Positions 50,086 through 60,831 are shown, numbered from the stretch's first letter. The stretch is DNA of 64,000 nt from Bdellovibrionales bacterium (GCA_965200875.1 OZ241456.1:1536001-1600000); one strand, 5' to 3'. Translations and numbers: made by a program. Notes: generated by a model not told the origin, from the sequence alone.

Positions 50086-51045
50086 ATGAAATCTTTTTTG
50101 CCTTTATTAACAGATGTGTTACAGGTCACCCATTCTGGGGCTTTAGCCTGCTTTGATCACATTGGTTCTGGAAACCGTAACTTGGCTGACAAAGTTGCTG
50201 TAAACGCCATGAGACAGGCTTTTCAAAATGTTCCCATTAAAGGAAAAGTGGTGATTGGAGAAGGAGAAAGAGATTCAGCACCTATGCTTTATATTGGAGA
50301 AAAGGTTGGTATGTGGGAAACACATCAAAGAGAGTGGGATATTGCTGTAGATCCCCTAGAGGGCACTAATCTTTGCGCCAAGGCCATTGGAGGAGCTATA
50401 TCTGTTTTGGCACTTTCTGAAAAAGGCAGTTTGTTTAACGCACCTGATGTGTATATGGAAAAAATAGCTTGCGGACCATCCGCCAAAGGAGCTATTTCTT
50501 TGAATCAAAGTGTGGAAGACAATTTGAAATCCGTCAGCAAGGCTTTGGATAAAAATATTTCCAATGTGACTGTGGCTGTTCTGGATCGCCCTCGTCACAA
50601 AAAATTAATTCAATCCATTTACGCTTTAGGTGCACGAGTACATTTAATAGAAGATGGAGATTTGTCGGCTTCCATTTTAACAGCTTGGAAAGAGCAAAGA
50701 GATGATGTATCAGTGGACTTAATAATGGGAACAGGTGGCTCTCCTGAGGGAGTTCTTTCGGCCAGTGCTCTTAAGTGTTTGGGTGGAGATTTTCAGGGTC
50801 GACTGGTTTTTCAAAATAAAGAGGAGAAAAAACGAGCAATGGAAATGGGTGTCACAAAACCTGATAAAATATATAAAATGGATGAACTTGTAAAAACTCA
50901 TGTTGTATTTTGTGCTACAGGGGTGACCAATGGCCCTTTATTAAAAGGGGTGACAAAAAAACAAGGAAGAATGGAAACAGAAAGTCTTTACATGAGTTCT
51001 TCCACAAAAGAATGTGTTAAAATTCGTGTCTCCAAACAAATATAA
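50086..51045 (+). CDS. glpX: Class II fructose-1,6-bisphosphatase
   Basis: GEGERD.APML.IGE, DIAVDPLEGT, LDRPRH, GG.PEGV, ATGVT.G; GAGGTG SD. Confidence 0.94.
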   Translation: MKSFLPLLTDVLQVTHSGALACFDHIGSGNRNLADKVAVNAMRQAFQNVPIKGKVVIGEGERDSAPMLYIGEKVGMWETHQREWDIAVDPLEGTNLCAKAIGGAISVLALSEKGSLFNAPDVYMEKIACGPSAKGAISLNQSVEDNLKSVSKALDKNISNVTVAVLDRPRHKKLIQSIYALGARVHLIEDGDLSASILTAWKEQRDDVSVDLIMGTGGSPEGVLSASALKCLGGDFQGRLVFQNKEEKKRAMEMGVTKPDKIYKMDELVKTHVVFCATGVTNGPLLKGVTKKQGRMETESLYMSSSTKECVKIRVSKQI

Positions 51046-51057
51046 AGGAAGCAAAAA

Positions 51058-51387
51058 ATGAAAACAGTACATTGTTATCATTGTGGCAAGCAAGTGAAAC
51101 TGGAATATAAAATCAGTTTTCGGGAAGAGTGTTTGCACTGCAAAGCAGACTTGCATATTTGTCGTAACTGCCGATTTTACGATAAGTTGGCTTATAATGA
51201 ATGTAAAGAATCTTCTGCCGAAAAAATCCAGGATAAAGAAAAAAACAATTACTGTGAATATTTTGATCCCTCTTCAGAAAATCAGGGAAAACCTCAGCTT
51301 TTGGAAAGAGAAAAACTGTTACAATCAGCGGAAGCCTTGTTTAAAAAAGACTTTCAATCAGGCGATACGAAAAATGACAAACTTTAA
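51058..51387 (+). CDS. Small Cys-rich zinc-binding hypothetical protein
   Basis: CYHC, CLHC, HICRNCRFY, NYCEYF. Confidence 0.75.
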   Translation: MKTVHCYHCGKQVKLEYKISFREECLHCKADLHICRNCRFYDKLAYNECKESSAEKIQDKEKNNYCEYFDPSSENQGKPQLLEREKLLQSAEALFKKDFQSGDTKNDKL

Positions 51388-54300
51388 AAACATAAAAGCT
51401 GAGAAAAGGGATGAACTTTCCCTCCACCAGCATATTGAACCACCTACTCCCTCTCTGAAAAATCAAAAGAACAGAAACTCTGAGTTTTCCCGCCGACATA
51501 TTGGCCCAACAAAAAAAGATATTTCAGAAATGTTAAAAACCCTTAACTGCAAAACACTGGATGAACTGATTGAAAAGTCCGCTCCTTCTGAAATTCTTAC
51601 CCAAAAAGAGTTACATCTTCCAGAACCTCTCAGTGAAGAGGAATGTCTGAAAGAACTGAAAAATCGCGCACTGAAAAACAAAGTTTTTAAAAACTATATT
51701 GGCATGGGTTATTATGAAACCAACCTGCCCAAAGTGATCCAAAGAAATATTTTGGAAAACCCCGTATGGCTCACCTCCTACACCCCTTATCAATCAGAAA
51801 TATCTCAAGGGCGTCTTCAAGCCCTTTTGAACTTTCAAACCATGATTTTGGAACTGACAGAAATGGACACAGCCAATAGTTCTTTATTGGATGAAGGCAC
51901 TTCTGCCGCGGAAGCTATAAGCATAGCCGTCAATAACCGGCAAGACCACAAAGTAAATGACATATTTATCGATGAATATATTTTTCCTCAAACAAAAGAA
52001 GTGATTACAACCAGAGCCAAATCCATTGGATTGAATGTTATCGTGGGAAAAGCGACCCATATTAATTTTAACCAACAAAAATTTATTTGTACTGTTATTC
52101 AATATCCTGACTCCAGAGGAGAAGTGTATGATTGGGAATCTTTTTGCAAAAAAGCCAAAAAGCAGGATATCATTTCCATATTTGTTGCTGACCCGCTCAG
52201 TTTATGCCTGCTAAAAACTCCAGGATCTATGGGGGCAGACATCGTAGCTGGCTCCTGCCAAAGAATGGGGATTCCTCTTTTCTTTGGTGGCCCTCATGCT
52301 GGTTACATTGCTGTAAAAGAAAAATATACCCGCTCTCTTCCGGGTCGGATTGTGGGGGTTTCTAAAGATCGTCACGGGAAAAAAGCACTCCGGCTGGCTC
52401 TTCAAACAAGAGAGCAACATATCCGCCGGGAAAAAGCCACCAGCAACATTTGTACAGCACAAGCTCTTTTAGCCGTTTTATCCGGCATGTATGCTCTCTA
52501 CCACGGACCAAACGGTTTAAGACAAATAGCCTCGCGTATTCACCTGTTGGCACTCAGTCTCAATGCTTCTTTAAGAAAAATAAATGTCACGCCAAAAAAC
52601 AAGGGAAATATTTTTGATACTGTACAAATAGAATTGCCGACAAATAAAGCAAACGCTCTTTATGAAAAGTTTATTCAAAATAAAATCAATATCGCAAAAA
52701 TTCCACTTTGTGAGGCAAAGAAAAACACAGGCGAAAACATTGACAATACCGCGAGCAACAAAACACCAAACTCTGTAAAAGACAGTACTCACATAAACGG
52801 CAACACCTTACTTTCTTTTTCCATCAACGAAACCACTACAGAAGAAGACATAAAAGAAATTCTATTTTTAATAAAAGAGGGTCTGGAGGAAACAACAGAA
52901 AATGCTATGAAAAATATATTTCAAAATATTTCCTGCACCTACTTACCAGAAAAACTTATAAGAAAAACACCTTGTCTTAAACACCCCATGTTTCAAACTT
53001 ATCATTCTGAAATCCAAATGCTTCGTTACATTCATCATCTGCAAGAGGGAGATCTATCGCTTACCCATTCTATGATCCCTCTTGGTTCCTGCACCATGAA
53101 ACTAAACGGAACCACAGAGCTTATGCCAGTAAGCTGGCCTGAGTTTTCATGTATTCATCCTTTTGCTCCCCCGTCTCAAACAAAAGCTTACACGCAAGTT
53201 ATAAAAGAGCTGGAGCAATATTTATGTGAGATCACAGGCTTTAGTGCTGTGTCCTTTCAGCCCAACGCCGGTTCTCAAGGGGAATATGCTGGGCTTCTTA
53301 TTATCCGCCGTTACCATGAACAACAAAAAAACAAAGAGAGAAACATTTGCCTTATCCCCTCCTCTGCCCACGGAACCAACCCAGCCTCCGCCATTATGGC
53401 AGGCTTAAAACCAATCACTGTAAATTGCGACAAAAAAGGCAATATTTCCAGAGAGGATTTACAAGAAAAAATCCACAAACACAAAAAAGAATTGGCAGTT
53501 TTTATGTTGACCTTTCCATCCACTTTCGGGGTGTTTGAAGAGCGTGTTCCTGAAATTTGTGAATGGGTGCACTCAGCTGGGGGATTGGTTTACCTAGATG
53601 GTGCAAATATGAACGCCTTAATAGGAATCAGTCGCCCGGCGGAATGGGGTGCGGATGTTTGTCATCTCAACTTACACAAAACTTTTTGCATCCCTCACGG
53701 AGGAGGTGGGCCTGGAGTGGGTCCTGTTGCTGTGACAAACACTTTAAAAAAGTTTCTGCCAAGTCATCCAGTCATTCCTGAGTGTGGACCAGAGGAAGGC
53801 ATAACTGCTGTCAGCTCCGCTCCTTATGGAAGTGCCGGCATTTTGATGATTCCCTGGGCTTATATTCGCCTTATGGGAGCAAAAGGTCTTAAAACTGCCA
53901 CAAAAACAGCAGTTCTAAACGCTAACTATATAGCTCAAAAACTCAAGGCACACTATAAAATTCTTTACACAGGAAAAAACAACAAAGTAGCGCATGAATG
54001 TATTGTGGATTTTAGAAAATTCAAAAACACCGCAGAGATCACCGTGGATGATGTGGCAAAAAGGCTCACTGACTATGGCTTTCACGCACCAACCATGAAC
54101 TGGCCTGTACCTGGAACTCTTATGATTGAACCTACCGAAAGCGAAGATAAACAGGAGCTGAATCGCTTTTGTTCTGCACTTATTGAAATACGAAAAGAAA
54201 TTCAAGAGATTGAAGAGAAAAAAGCAAGCCTGAAAAACAATGTTCTGAAAAATGCTCCTCACACTTTGGAAGACGCCTTACAGGAAAACTGGAGCTTTCC

Positions 54301-54430
54301 CTATTCAAAAGAACAGGCTTTTTACCCTCTCCCTTGGGTCAGGGAACATAAGTTTTGGCCAAAAACCTCCCGCGTGGAAAATGCTTACGGCGATATTAAT
54401 CTTTTTTGCTCCTGCCCGCCGCTTGTTTAA
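51374..54430 (+). CDS. gcvP: Glycine dehydrogenase (decarboxylating), P protein
   Basis: FSRRHIGP, YTPYQ.EISQG, ATSNICTAQ, MIPLGSCTMKLN, HLNLHKTF. Confidence 0.97.
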   Translation: MTNFKNIKAEKRDELSLHQHIEPPTPSLKNQKNRNSEFSRRHIGPTKKDISEMLKTLNCKTLDELIEKSAPSEILTQKELHLPEPLSEEECLKELKNRALKNKVFKNYIGMGYYETNLPKVIQRNILENPVWLTSYTPYQSEISQGRLQALLNFQTMILELTEMDTANSSLLDEGTSAAEAISIAVNNRQDHKVNDIFIDEYIFPQTKEVITTRAKSIGLNVIVGKATHINFNQQKFICTVIQYPDSRGEVYDWESFCKKAKKQDIISIFVADPLSLCLLKTPGSMGADIVAGSCQRMGIPLFFGGPHAGYIAVKEKYTRSLPGRIVGVSKDRHGKKALRLALQTREQHIRREKATSNICTAQALLAVLSGMYALYHGPNGLRQIASRIHLLALSLNASLRKINVTPKNKGNIFDTVQIELPTNKANALYEKFIQNKINIAKIPLCEAKKNTGENIDNTASNKTPNSVKDSTHINGNTLLSFSINETTTEEDIKEILFLIKEGLEETTENAMKNIFQNISCTYLPEKLIRKTPCLKHPMFQTYHSEIQMLRYIHHLQEGDLSLTHSMIPLGSCTMKLNGTTELMPVSWPEFSCIHPFAPPSQTKAYTQVIKELEQYLCEITGFSAVSFQPNAGSQGEYAGLLIIRRYHEQQKNKERNICLIPSSAHGTNPASAIMAGLKPITVNCDKKGNISREDLQEKIHKHKKELAVFMLTFPSTFGVFEERVPEICEWVHSAGGLVYLDGANMNALIGISRPAEWGADVCHLNLHKTFCIPHGGGGPGVGPVAVTNTLKKFLPSHPVIPECGPEEGITAVSSAPYGSAGILMIPWAYIRLMGAKGLKTATKTAVLNANYIAQKLKAHYKILYTGKNNKVAHECIVDFRKFKNTAEITVDDVAKRLTDYGFHAPTMNWPVPGTLMIEPTESEDKQELNRFCSALIEIRKEIQEIEEKKASLKNNVLKNAPHTLEDALQENWSFPYSKEQAFYPLPWVREHKFWPKTSRVENAYGDINLFCSCPPLV

Positions 54431-54445
54431 CTGATACATAACACT

Positions 54446-57226
54446 CTAAGCTGATTTTTTGACTTTTAAAAGCTTGTTTATAATTTCATGAACTTCTTGG
54501 CCTGTTTCATCCTGAGAAACAAAAAAACGCCAAATTCCATTTTCTTTATCTTGGTTAACAGCTTTTATCCAAAGGTCCATGTAATCCCATTTGGATTCAT
54601 CCTTTGAGTTTTTCTTTCCTTTGACCTCCAGAACCATAAAGCTTTTATCCGAAAGCCTGATGATAAAATCAGGGGTATAGTTGTGTAAAACTCCATTATG
54701 AATATAATTTATTTCAAAACCCAAGTGATCATTTTTCACCCATGCTTCAACATGGGGGTTTTCGTCCAAGGCTTTTGCGTGGGCAAGCTCCCAAGTGCTA
54801 TCCACAACAGTGCGATTGATATGTGTCTTCTTGAAAATTCCTGTTCTTTTTCCAGTGCGCCAATTTAAAGACTCTTTTGTTGAGCGGTATTTTGGATTTC
54901 TGTAAATGACAAAAAACTCTTTTTGATTTTGATGAGTAATGGCAGAAAGAACTTTTCTTACAATTTGCTCCATACCCATCATAACAGCAATTTTTCTTTT
55001 TGTTTTGTCTGCTTGAAAAGATTTTGGTTCTATTTGAAACTTATCAGAGTTTAAAAAGTCTTCTATAATTTTAAGCAACTGCGAAAGCGCAAAGTCCCGG
55101 TTCACTTTCTTTTTCCATTCCAAGTTTATCTGATCATAAATATTGAGGGCAGTGGTGAAAAAAAGTGTCTGTATGCGAGTGTCCTGTTCTTTAAGAAGTT
55201 TCTCCATATCTATTGGTTTGATTTTTTCATAATCCGGTTCGCCATTTATTTCCGGAGCCATATCAACAAGCTTTCTGATTTCACTGATTTTTAAAGGCTT
55301 CACTTTAGTGAAATCAACTTTTAAAACAGGATTCAGCTCAAGATCAATCCTCTCCACATCTGGATAGGTGATTTTATATTTTTCTTTTTCAGGATCTGGA
55401 AAAATCGGCCACTTAGGCGAAACAGGCCGGGGATTACCTCCCTCTGCTTCTTCCTGAGGGATAAAAGAAAAAGGAATACCAAAAATATTCACATACTCCG
55501 GATCAAAAAATCCTTTATCGTTTAACTCATAAGAGGTTCGTCTTAAACCTCTCCCTACAATTTGTTCACATAAAAGCTGACTGGAAAAAGCTCTCAAACC
55601 CATAATATGGGTTACAGTTTGGCAATTCCAACCCTCAGTGAGCATAGCGACAGAAATAATATGTCTCAGCTGTTCCCCAGGTTTACCGATTTGTCCGGCG
55701 GTGTTCACCTTATCCCTTAACTCGGTCTCTTCTGCAAGCTTTGCTTTGTTCTGGCCTTTTCTGTTAGGAAAATCTAAATCCGAATAAATAAGGGCAGTTT
55801 TGTCCTCTTTGCAAAGTTCAGGAATGGTCATTCTTTTTTTATCAAACATATACTTGATTCTATCCGCTGTTTCTTTTCTGTTTGTTACAGAGATCATAAC
55901 CGGCGGAACTTGCATTTTGTTTGTCTGCCAATGTTTTAGGGTTTTGCTATAGTCATGGCCTAAAAGTAAATAACCATTTCTTACCAACGAGGGAAGCATC
56001 TCCTCTGGTTTGGCTTTTCTGTTTAAATTGTCTTTCACATTTTCATTATCGTAAATGTGATACAGTTTTGATTTTAAATTTTTTGGATCTACTGGGCCAT
56101 CATCCCTTACGACAAAGCGCGGAGTTTTTGTCAAGCCGGATTCCACGGCAGACATTAAACCAAAGTCACTTACAATCCAATCAAACAAATCCTCTTTGTA
56201 AGAGGTCACGGCTTTTGTACCAGAGGGAGCAAAGGGGGTTGCTGAAAAGTCGAAACAACTTAAAATCCCCTTATGTTTATGGATCCTGTCCAACCCTTTG
56301 ATCCAACAAGTGGCCCTTTCTTTTTCTTTTGGATCAACCCCTGTCTGTTTTTCCTCACTTCTATGTCTCCAAGCATGATGAGCTTCATCGTTGATAACCA
56401 AAATTTTTCCGCCGGCTTTGGCTATATCTCCAAGAACATCCCTGAGATAGGCTTTCCCACTTTTAACACCTCTTTTATCGACGCTTTTTCTTTTTTGTAA
56501 GCTCTCCTCTGTATCCCACATAAGGGTATGCCAATTTTCGATATGAACCTTCCCCTGTCTCAGAAAGGGTAGCAAGTCATAAGGAACAATTTTTTTCTCT
56601 TCATAGTAATTTTCCGGTTTGTTAAAATCCAGCACAGAAAGACGGCTTTTGACTGTCAAGTTAGGGGCCACAATAAACACATATTTTGAAAACCTTGGAT
56701 CCTGTGGATAAGCTCTCTTGTTTAAAATTTGCCAAGCGATGGTCATGGCCATAACATAAGTTTTTCCTGTGCCAGTGGCCATTTTTACGCAAAGTCTTTC
56801 AAACTCTCCACCATCCTTTGGAATTTCAATCCCCACCTTCTCTTCAGCATGAGCTTCTTTTAACCAGATAAGAGTCTCCACAGCTTCTTTTTGGCAAAAG
56901 AAAAACTCATAACCCCGCCCGTTAGCTCCTTTTTTATTCCAAAACTCCAACAGTCTTTTGGTAATGCTTGTGACTCCAGAGTATCCGGCTTCTCTCCATT
57001 TTTTCACCCTTGGGCGAATTTTATTCACTAAAGGCAGAGCAATAAAATCCCCTACTGACTGATATTTTTTGTCGGATGAAGCAATCACATAGCCCGCAGG
57101 TCGCCTGCCCTCTTTTATAAAATGCTTACCCCTTGTTCGCTCAAAATCCCAATGTTGTTTTGGCTCTTCAAACGGAGAGTTGATAATCAGCTGATCAATT
57201 TTTTCTTTAAACTCTGGTCTACTCAT
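54446..57226 (-). CDS. res: Type III restriction endonuclease (Res)
   Basis: MATGTGKT, DEAHH, SATP, EGW, Q.VGRGLR, C-terminal YTPDF..LEVKG. Confidence 0.9.
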   Translation of the reverse strand: MSRPEFKEKIDQLIINSPFEEPKQHWDFERTRGKHFIKEGRRPAGYVIASSDKKYQSVGDFIALPLVNKIRPRVKKWREAGYSGVTSITKRLLEFWNKKGANGRGYEFFFCQKEAVETLIWLKEAHAEEKVGIEIPKDGGEFERLCVKMATGTGKTYVMAMTIAWQILNKRAYPQDPRFSKYVFIVAPNLTVKSRLSVLDFNKPENYYEEKKIVPYDLLPFLRQGKVHIENWHTLMWDTEESLQKRKSVDKRGVKSGKAYLRDVLGDIAKAGGKILVINDEAHHAWRHRSEEKQTGVDPKEKERATCWIKGLDRIHKHKGILSCFDFSATPFAPSGTKAVTSYKEDLFDWIVSDFGLMSAVESGLTKTPRFVVRDDGPVDPKNLKSKLYHIYDNENVKDNLNRKAKPEEMLPSLVRNGYLLLGHDYSKTLKHWQTNKMQVPPVMISVTNRKETADRIKYMFDKKRMTIPELCKEDKTALIYSDLDFPNRKGQNKAKLAEETELRDKVNTAGQIGKPGEQLRHIISVAMLTEGWNCQTVTHIMGLRAFSSQLLCEQIVGRGLRRTSYELNDKGFFDPEYVNIFGIPFSFIPQEEAEGGNPRPVSPKWPIFPDPEKEKYKITYPDVERIDLELNPVLKVDFTKVKPLKISEIRKLVDMAPEINGEPDYEKIKPIDMEKLLKEQDTRIQTLFFTTALNIYDQINLEWKKKVNRDFALSQLLKIIEDFLNSDKFQIEPKSFQADKTKRKIAVMMGMEQIVRKVLSAITHQNQKEFFVIYRNPKYRSTKESLNWRTGKRTGIFKKTHINRTVVDSTWELAHAKALDENPHVEAWVKNDHLGFEINYIHNGVLHNYTPDFIIRLSDKSFMVLEVKGKKNSKDESKWDYMDLWIKAVNQDKENGIWRFFVSQDETGQEVHEIINKLLKVKKSA

Positions 57227-57236
57227 TTTTTGTCCC

Positions 57237-57665
57237 TTATACCGAAGACTTTTTTAAAGAGGTTTTTGTTTGCTCTTTGCTCCAATAATCCATACTGCAA
57301 ACTTTTTGCACACAACCTGCAAACTGAAGAACACCCTCATAAATTTTATCAATCGGTGTATCCAAATAAAGATTTCCATCGTCTTCTTGAATACCATTGT
57401 TTAGCAATATACTGTTAAAGACTTTTTGCTTTGAAGAAGTATTGATCTCATAATTATAGGATAGACGCTGAAGAGCCATACCAAAATCACATATCCGAAC
57501 ATAATTTGCTCCTTTAGGACTTTCTTGAAAATAAATATCCACCATATCCCCATCCTCATGCAGAATAGGAGCTGTTAGTTGGTACTTGCCTGGCCTTCTC
57601 TCATAAACATGGAAGCTTGATCTTGTTTTGTTTAAAAGTTTAAGTATTTTTTCAGTATTCATCAT
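57237..57665 (-). CDS. DUF1828-like protein, probably C-terminally truncated
   Basis: APILHEDGDMVDIYF...RICDFG.AL.RLSY. Confidence 0.6.
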   Translation of the reverse strand: MMNTEKILKLLNKTRSSFHVYERRPGKYQLTAPILHEDGDMVDIYFQESPKGANYVRICDFGMALQRLSYNYEINTSSKQKVFNSILLNNGIQEDDGNLYLDTPIDKIYEGVLQFAGCVQKVCSMDYWSKEQTKTSLKKSSV

Positions 57666-57729
57666 TTAAAAAAACCTCATTTGTTCCAGTTCAGGAAAAT
57701 AATCTTGCCAGTTTAACAACACTTTTGCA

Positions 57730-60393
57730 TTAAGAAACATTACTCTGTTTCTTAGACCCTTTAATTTTTTGGTTTGGAAAGTCCAAAATTTTTAAGGATT
57801 CGATACCTCGGTCATCAATAATTTTAACAGCGATTTTTTTATTTTTACCTTTTTTGAAAGGGAGGGAGACTGTCCCTCTGTATTTTTCTATAAGGCTTTG
57901 GTCTATTTCTGATTTCAAGCTTTTAGCGAGCTTTGCAAAGCCACCTTTTTTGCTCTCCATAGGGAAAAACACCTGCCTTGGAAATAAAGCCTCTCCGTCA
58001 TAATCCGTATCCAAAACCCACATCGCGATTTTGTTTTTCCCACCGGATTCAATTTGATTGGTAGCGGGATTATAGTAATCAAAGCCCTGCACTTCCACAA
58101 TATACTCATCTTTTTTAGAGTTGTTTTTTACTTCCACATCGGGAGAACCTACAAGCCAAAAACTTTCTTTGGATGATGATTTTTTCTTCAAATCAGAAGT
58201 TTGCAAATCCATATTCATTTCAATTTTAATAGCTTTTGTTCTGCCTGATTTATAGCCATCGATAAGACGACTTGCCTCCGGATCAAAACGAAAAGAGGCA
58301 AAAACAAGAATATCCGGTTTTTCTTTTTTTACTTCCATTTCCTTTAAAGCTTGTTCCACCTGTCTTTTATCCATAGGAGCATGTTCCGGGCCAAAGGAGA
58401 TCACAACCGATCTTGGGTTTTTAGTCATCCCTTCTGCATGCAAAAACTTAAATCCGGGAAGCCTTTCCAATTGAGAGAAATCCATATCTGTTGCAATCCC
58501 ATTTTTACATTTAATACCGGATCTTCTCACTTCATCCAGCCATTCATATTTAAAACTGATTTTTTTGCTTTGCCCCAAGCTTTGAACTGTTGGAGAGGGG
58601 ACAGCCTCCACTGTAAAAGGGCCTGTCACACGGGCTTTTGTCTTGTCCTTCAAGGGCTTATCATACAAAACTTCCTCTTTAGCTGGTTCATTATTGGCAA
58701 TAGAGCCTAAGGTGATATGAGGGACTGTTTTATATTGAAATCCTGAGCTTACTCCTTCGGTTTTATTTTTTAGTTTATAGTAGTCAAAGTGAGCTGTCAT
58801 TAGCCTTTGCTTGGCAAGAGTTATGGCCACACGGGAGGTATCACAAGTGATCCACCGCCGGCCCCATTTTTCTGCCACATAAGCTGTCGTACCGCTCCCG
58901 CAAGTGGGATCTAAAACCAAGTCCCCCGGGTCTGTCGTCATAAGAAGGCAACGCTCAATAACTCTTGTAGATGTTTGTACAATATAGCTTTTATCTAATT
59001 CTGTAAAAGTATCAATCCAATTGTTATTAATAGCTTGAACAGGCAAATCATCAAAATATTGAATATAATTTAACCAATTTTTTGTTCCATATAATCTTTT
59101 TTCTTTAGCTAATTTTTTCATTCCGTTAAAGTTGGTTTTCCATGAATATCCTTTAGAGGATGAATAATTTTTTCCTTTATATTTAAAATCGAAAGTGCAG
59201 CTTGGAGTGTATCCAGAAGAAAAGAGATTTGAAAGACGAAAGAGTTTAGCATTACTTGGAACTAAGGATAGGTCTTTTTTTTCATCTTTAGTTAGACTCC
59301 TTCTCTCTCCATGTGGAAACTCTACTTTTGTAAATGGTGTATCTTTTCCTTTATTTTTTTCAGTAAATAGCCTTTGAAATTTAATATTTTCAATATTTTT
59401 TGTGTACCATATTATGTAATCCGATATTTCTGGAATCAATTTTATTCCAAGAGGACTATTTGTTCTAAATGATATTTGTCGAACAAAATTCTCTCTTCCA
59501 AAAATCTCATCCATAAGGTTTCGGACCAGATGGACATTTTCATCAGAGATTTGCACAAAGCAGGAACCACTTTCAGTTAAAAGTTCTCTTGTGAACAAAA
59601 GTCTATCCCTTAAATAGGACAAATAGGAATGGATGCCAAGCTCCCAAGTATCTCTAAAAGCCTTAAGCATTTCAGGTTCCGCTGTCAGATCCTCATCCTT
59701 TTTGTCTTTGACATCCCTTTTATTGGTAAAGGGCTGAAAGTTAGAACCATATTTAATCCCGTAAGGGGGATCAATATAGACACATTGGATTTGCCCTCCC
59801 ATGCCTTCTTTTTCAAGTAAAGAGTTCATCACCAGAAGGGAGTCACCGGCAATTAGACGGTTTTTCCAAAGCTTTTCATGCCGATAAAAGTCGATGGCGG
59901 AAGAGTCAGGCAGTTTCCCCTCTTTTTTAAAAAGAGATAGCTGCTCATAGTTAGCCGTGTTGGTTTTTCTCACTTGCTCTATCACAGCCCTTGGGTCAAT
60001 TCTTTCATGAGTGTGGAGTGAAATGGTGGGAACCTCAAAAGAGGCTCGCTCCTTCTTACCTGCCCAGTTTAGGTAAGGCTCAGATAAGTTTTTCAGTTTA
60101 GTAAGTGCCTCTTTGGCCTTTGTATAGGCTGTTTTATAGGATTCTTCAGAGGCTTCTTTATCGGCTGATTCAGGAGATCCTGAAAGACCATTTTCGATAA
60201 TTTTTTCGATCTTTTCTCTTTTGGAATCAAAGCACAATTCAGGGGAAATATGAGGATCAAAAGCATATTCTTTTTTCTCCTCCTTAAGTGGTTCTGTTTT
60301 ACTATTAACCAAGCCAACAGAAGGATTGTTTTTCCGCTTTTTCTTCTTATGCTTAAACTGTGTAATATCCAATTTTCGAGCTGGTTTTCCCAT
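57730..60393 (-). CDS. mod: Type III R-M adenine methyltransferase (Mod)
   Basis: NRLIAGDSL, IDPPYG, variable TRD, DPTCGSGTT, VKIIDDRG; upstream of res. Confidence 0.92.
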   Translation of the reverse strand: MGKPARKLDITQFKHKKKKRKNNPSVGLVNSKTEPLKEEKKEYAFDPHISPELCFDSKREKIEKIIENGLSGSPESADKEASEESYKTAYTKAKEALTKLKNLSEPYLNWAGKKERASFEVPTISLHTHERIDPRAVIEQVRKTNTANYEQLSLFKKEGKLPDSSAIDFYRHEKLWKNRLIAGDSLLVMNSLLEKEGMGGQIQCVYIDPPYGIKYGSNFQPFTNKRDVKDKKDEDLTAEPEMLKAFRDTWELGIHSYLSYLRDRLLFTRELLTESGSCFVQISDENVHLVRNLMDEIFGRENFVRQISFRTNSPLGIKLIPEISDYIIWYTKNIENIKFQRLFTEKNKGKDTPFTKVEFPHGERRSLTKDEKKDLSLVPSNAKLFRLSNLFSSGYTPSCTFDFKYKGKNYSSSKGYSWKTNFNGMKKLAKEKRLYGTKNWLNYIQYFDDLPVQAINNNWIDTFTELDKSYIVQTSTRVIERCLLMTTDPGDLVLDPTCGSGTTAYVAEKWGRRWITCDTSRVAITLAKQRLMTAHFDYYKLKNKTEGVSSGFQYKTVPHITLGSIANNEPAKEEVLYDKPLKDKTKARVTGPFTVEAVPSPTVQSLGQSKKISFKYEWLDEVRRSGIKCKNGIATDMDFSQLERLPGFKFLHAEGMTKNPRSVVISFGPEHAPMDKRQVEQALKEMEVKKEKPDILVFASFRFDPEASRLIDGYKSGRTKAIKIEMNMDLQTSDLKKKSSSKESFWLVGSPDVEVKNNSKKDEYIVEVQGFDYYNPATNQIESGGKNKIAMWVLDTDYDGEALFPRQVFFPMESKKGGFAKLAKSLKSEIDQSLIEKYRGTVSLPFKKGKNKKIAVKIIDDRGIESLKILDFPNQKIKGSKKQSNVS

Positions 60394-60441
60394 AACTTCC
60401 CCTTCCTTAGGACTTCATATTTAGCCAACACATTACTTTAT

Positions 60442-60577
60442 GTCTGCCGTGAAAAATCTCCAATGTTTTAATTATCAACACTTTTTTTCATGTACTTTCC
60501 CAAGGAAACTGAAAGCCAAGTTGTTGGCTTTCAGTCCCGTGAAAACGGGAATCCAGGAAAATCACATACTTTTTCAC
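60442..60577 (+). mobile_element. MITE-like element, copy C (right end eroded)
   Basis: Near-identical to copy D, including the 36-bp hairpin module. Confidence 0.75.
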
Positions 60578-60688
60578 TTGCGACTTTCTTATTCAAAACC
60601 CACAAATTAGCGTTTCGGAAAAGACAAAACAGGTCTTAAGAAAAACAAAAAAACCGGACTTTTGGTTCAGAAAAAACCTGAATAAATA

Positions 60689-60831
60689 GTCCGCCGTGAA
60701 AAACCCATAGTGCTTTAATTATCACACTCTTTTTTCAGGTACTTTCCCAAGGAAACTGAAAGCCAAGTTGTTGGCTTTCAGTCCCGTGAAAACGGGAATC
60801 CAGGAAAATCACATACTTTTTCACGGACCAA
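60689..60831 (+). mobile_element. MITE-like element, copy D (143 bp)
   Basis: Copy B plus a 36-bp insert; flanked by direct TAAATA on both sides. Confidence 0.8.

Noticed and set aside
51197..51373. N-terminal extension of GcvP from the ORF track
   Set aside because: Overlaps the upstream Cys-rich gene; ATG 51374 is more plausible.
57730..60393. Phase-variable mod (phasevarion)
   Set aside because: No simple-sequence repeat tract seen; short A/T runs are common throughout this window.
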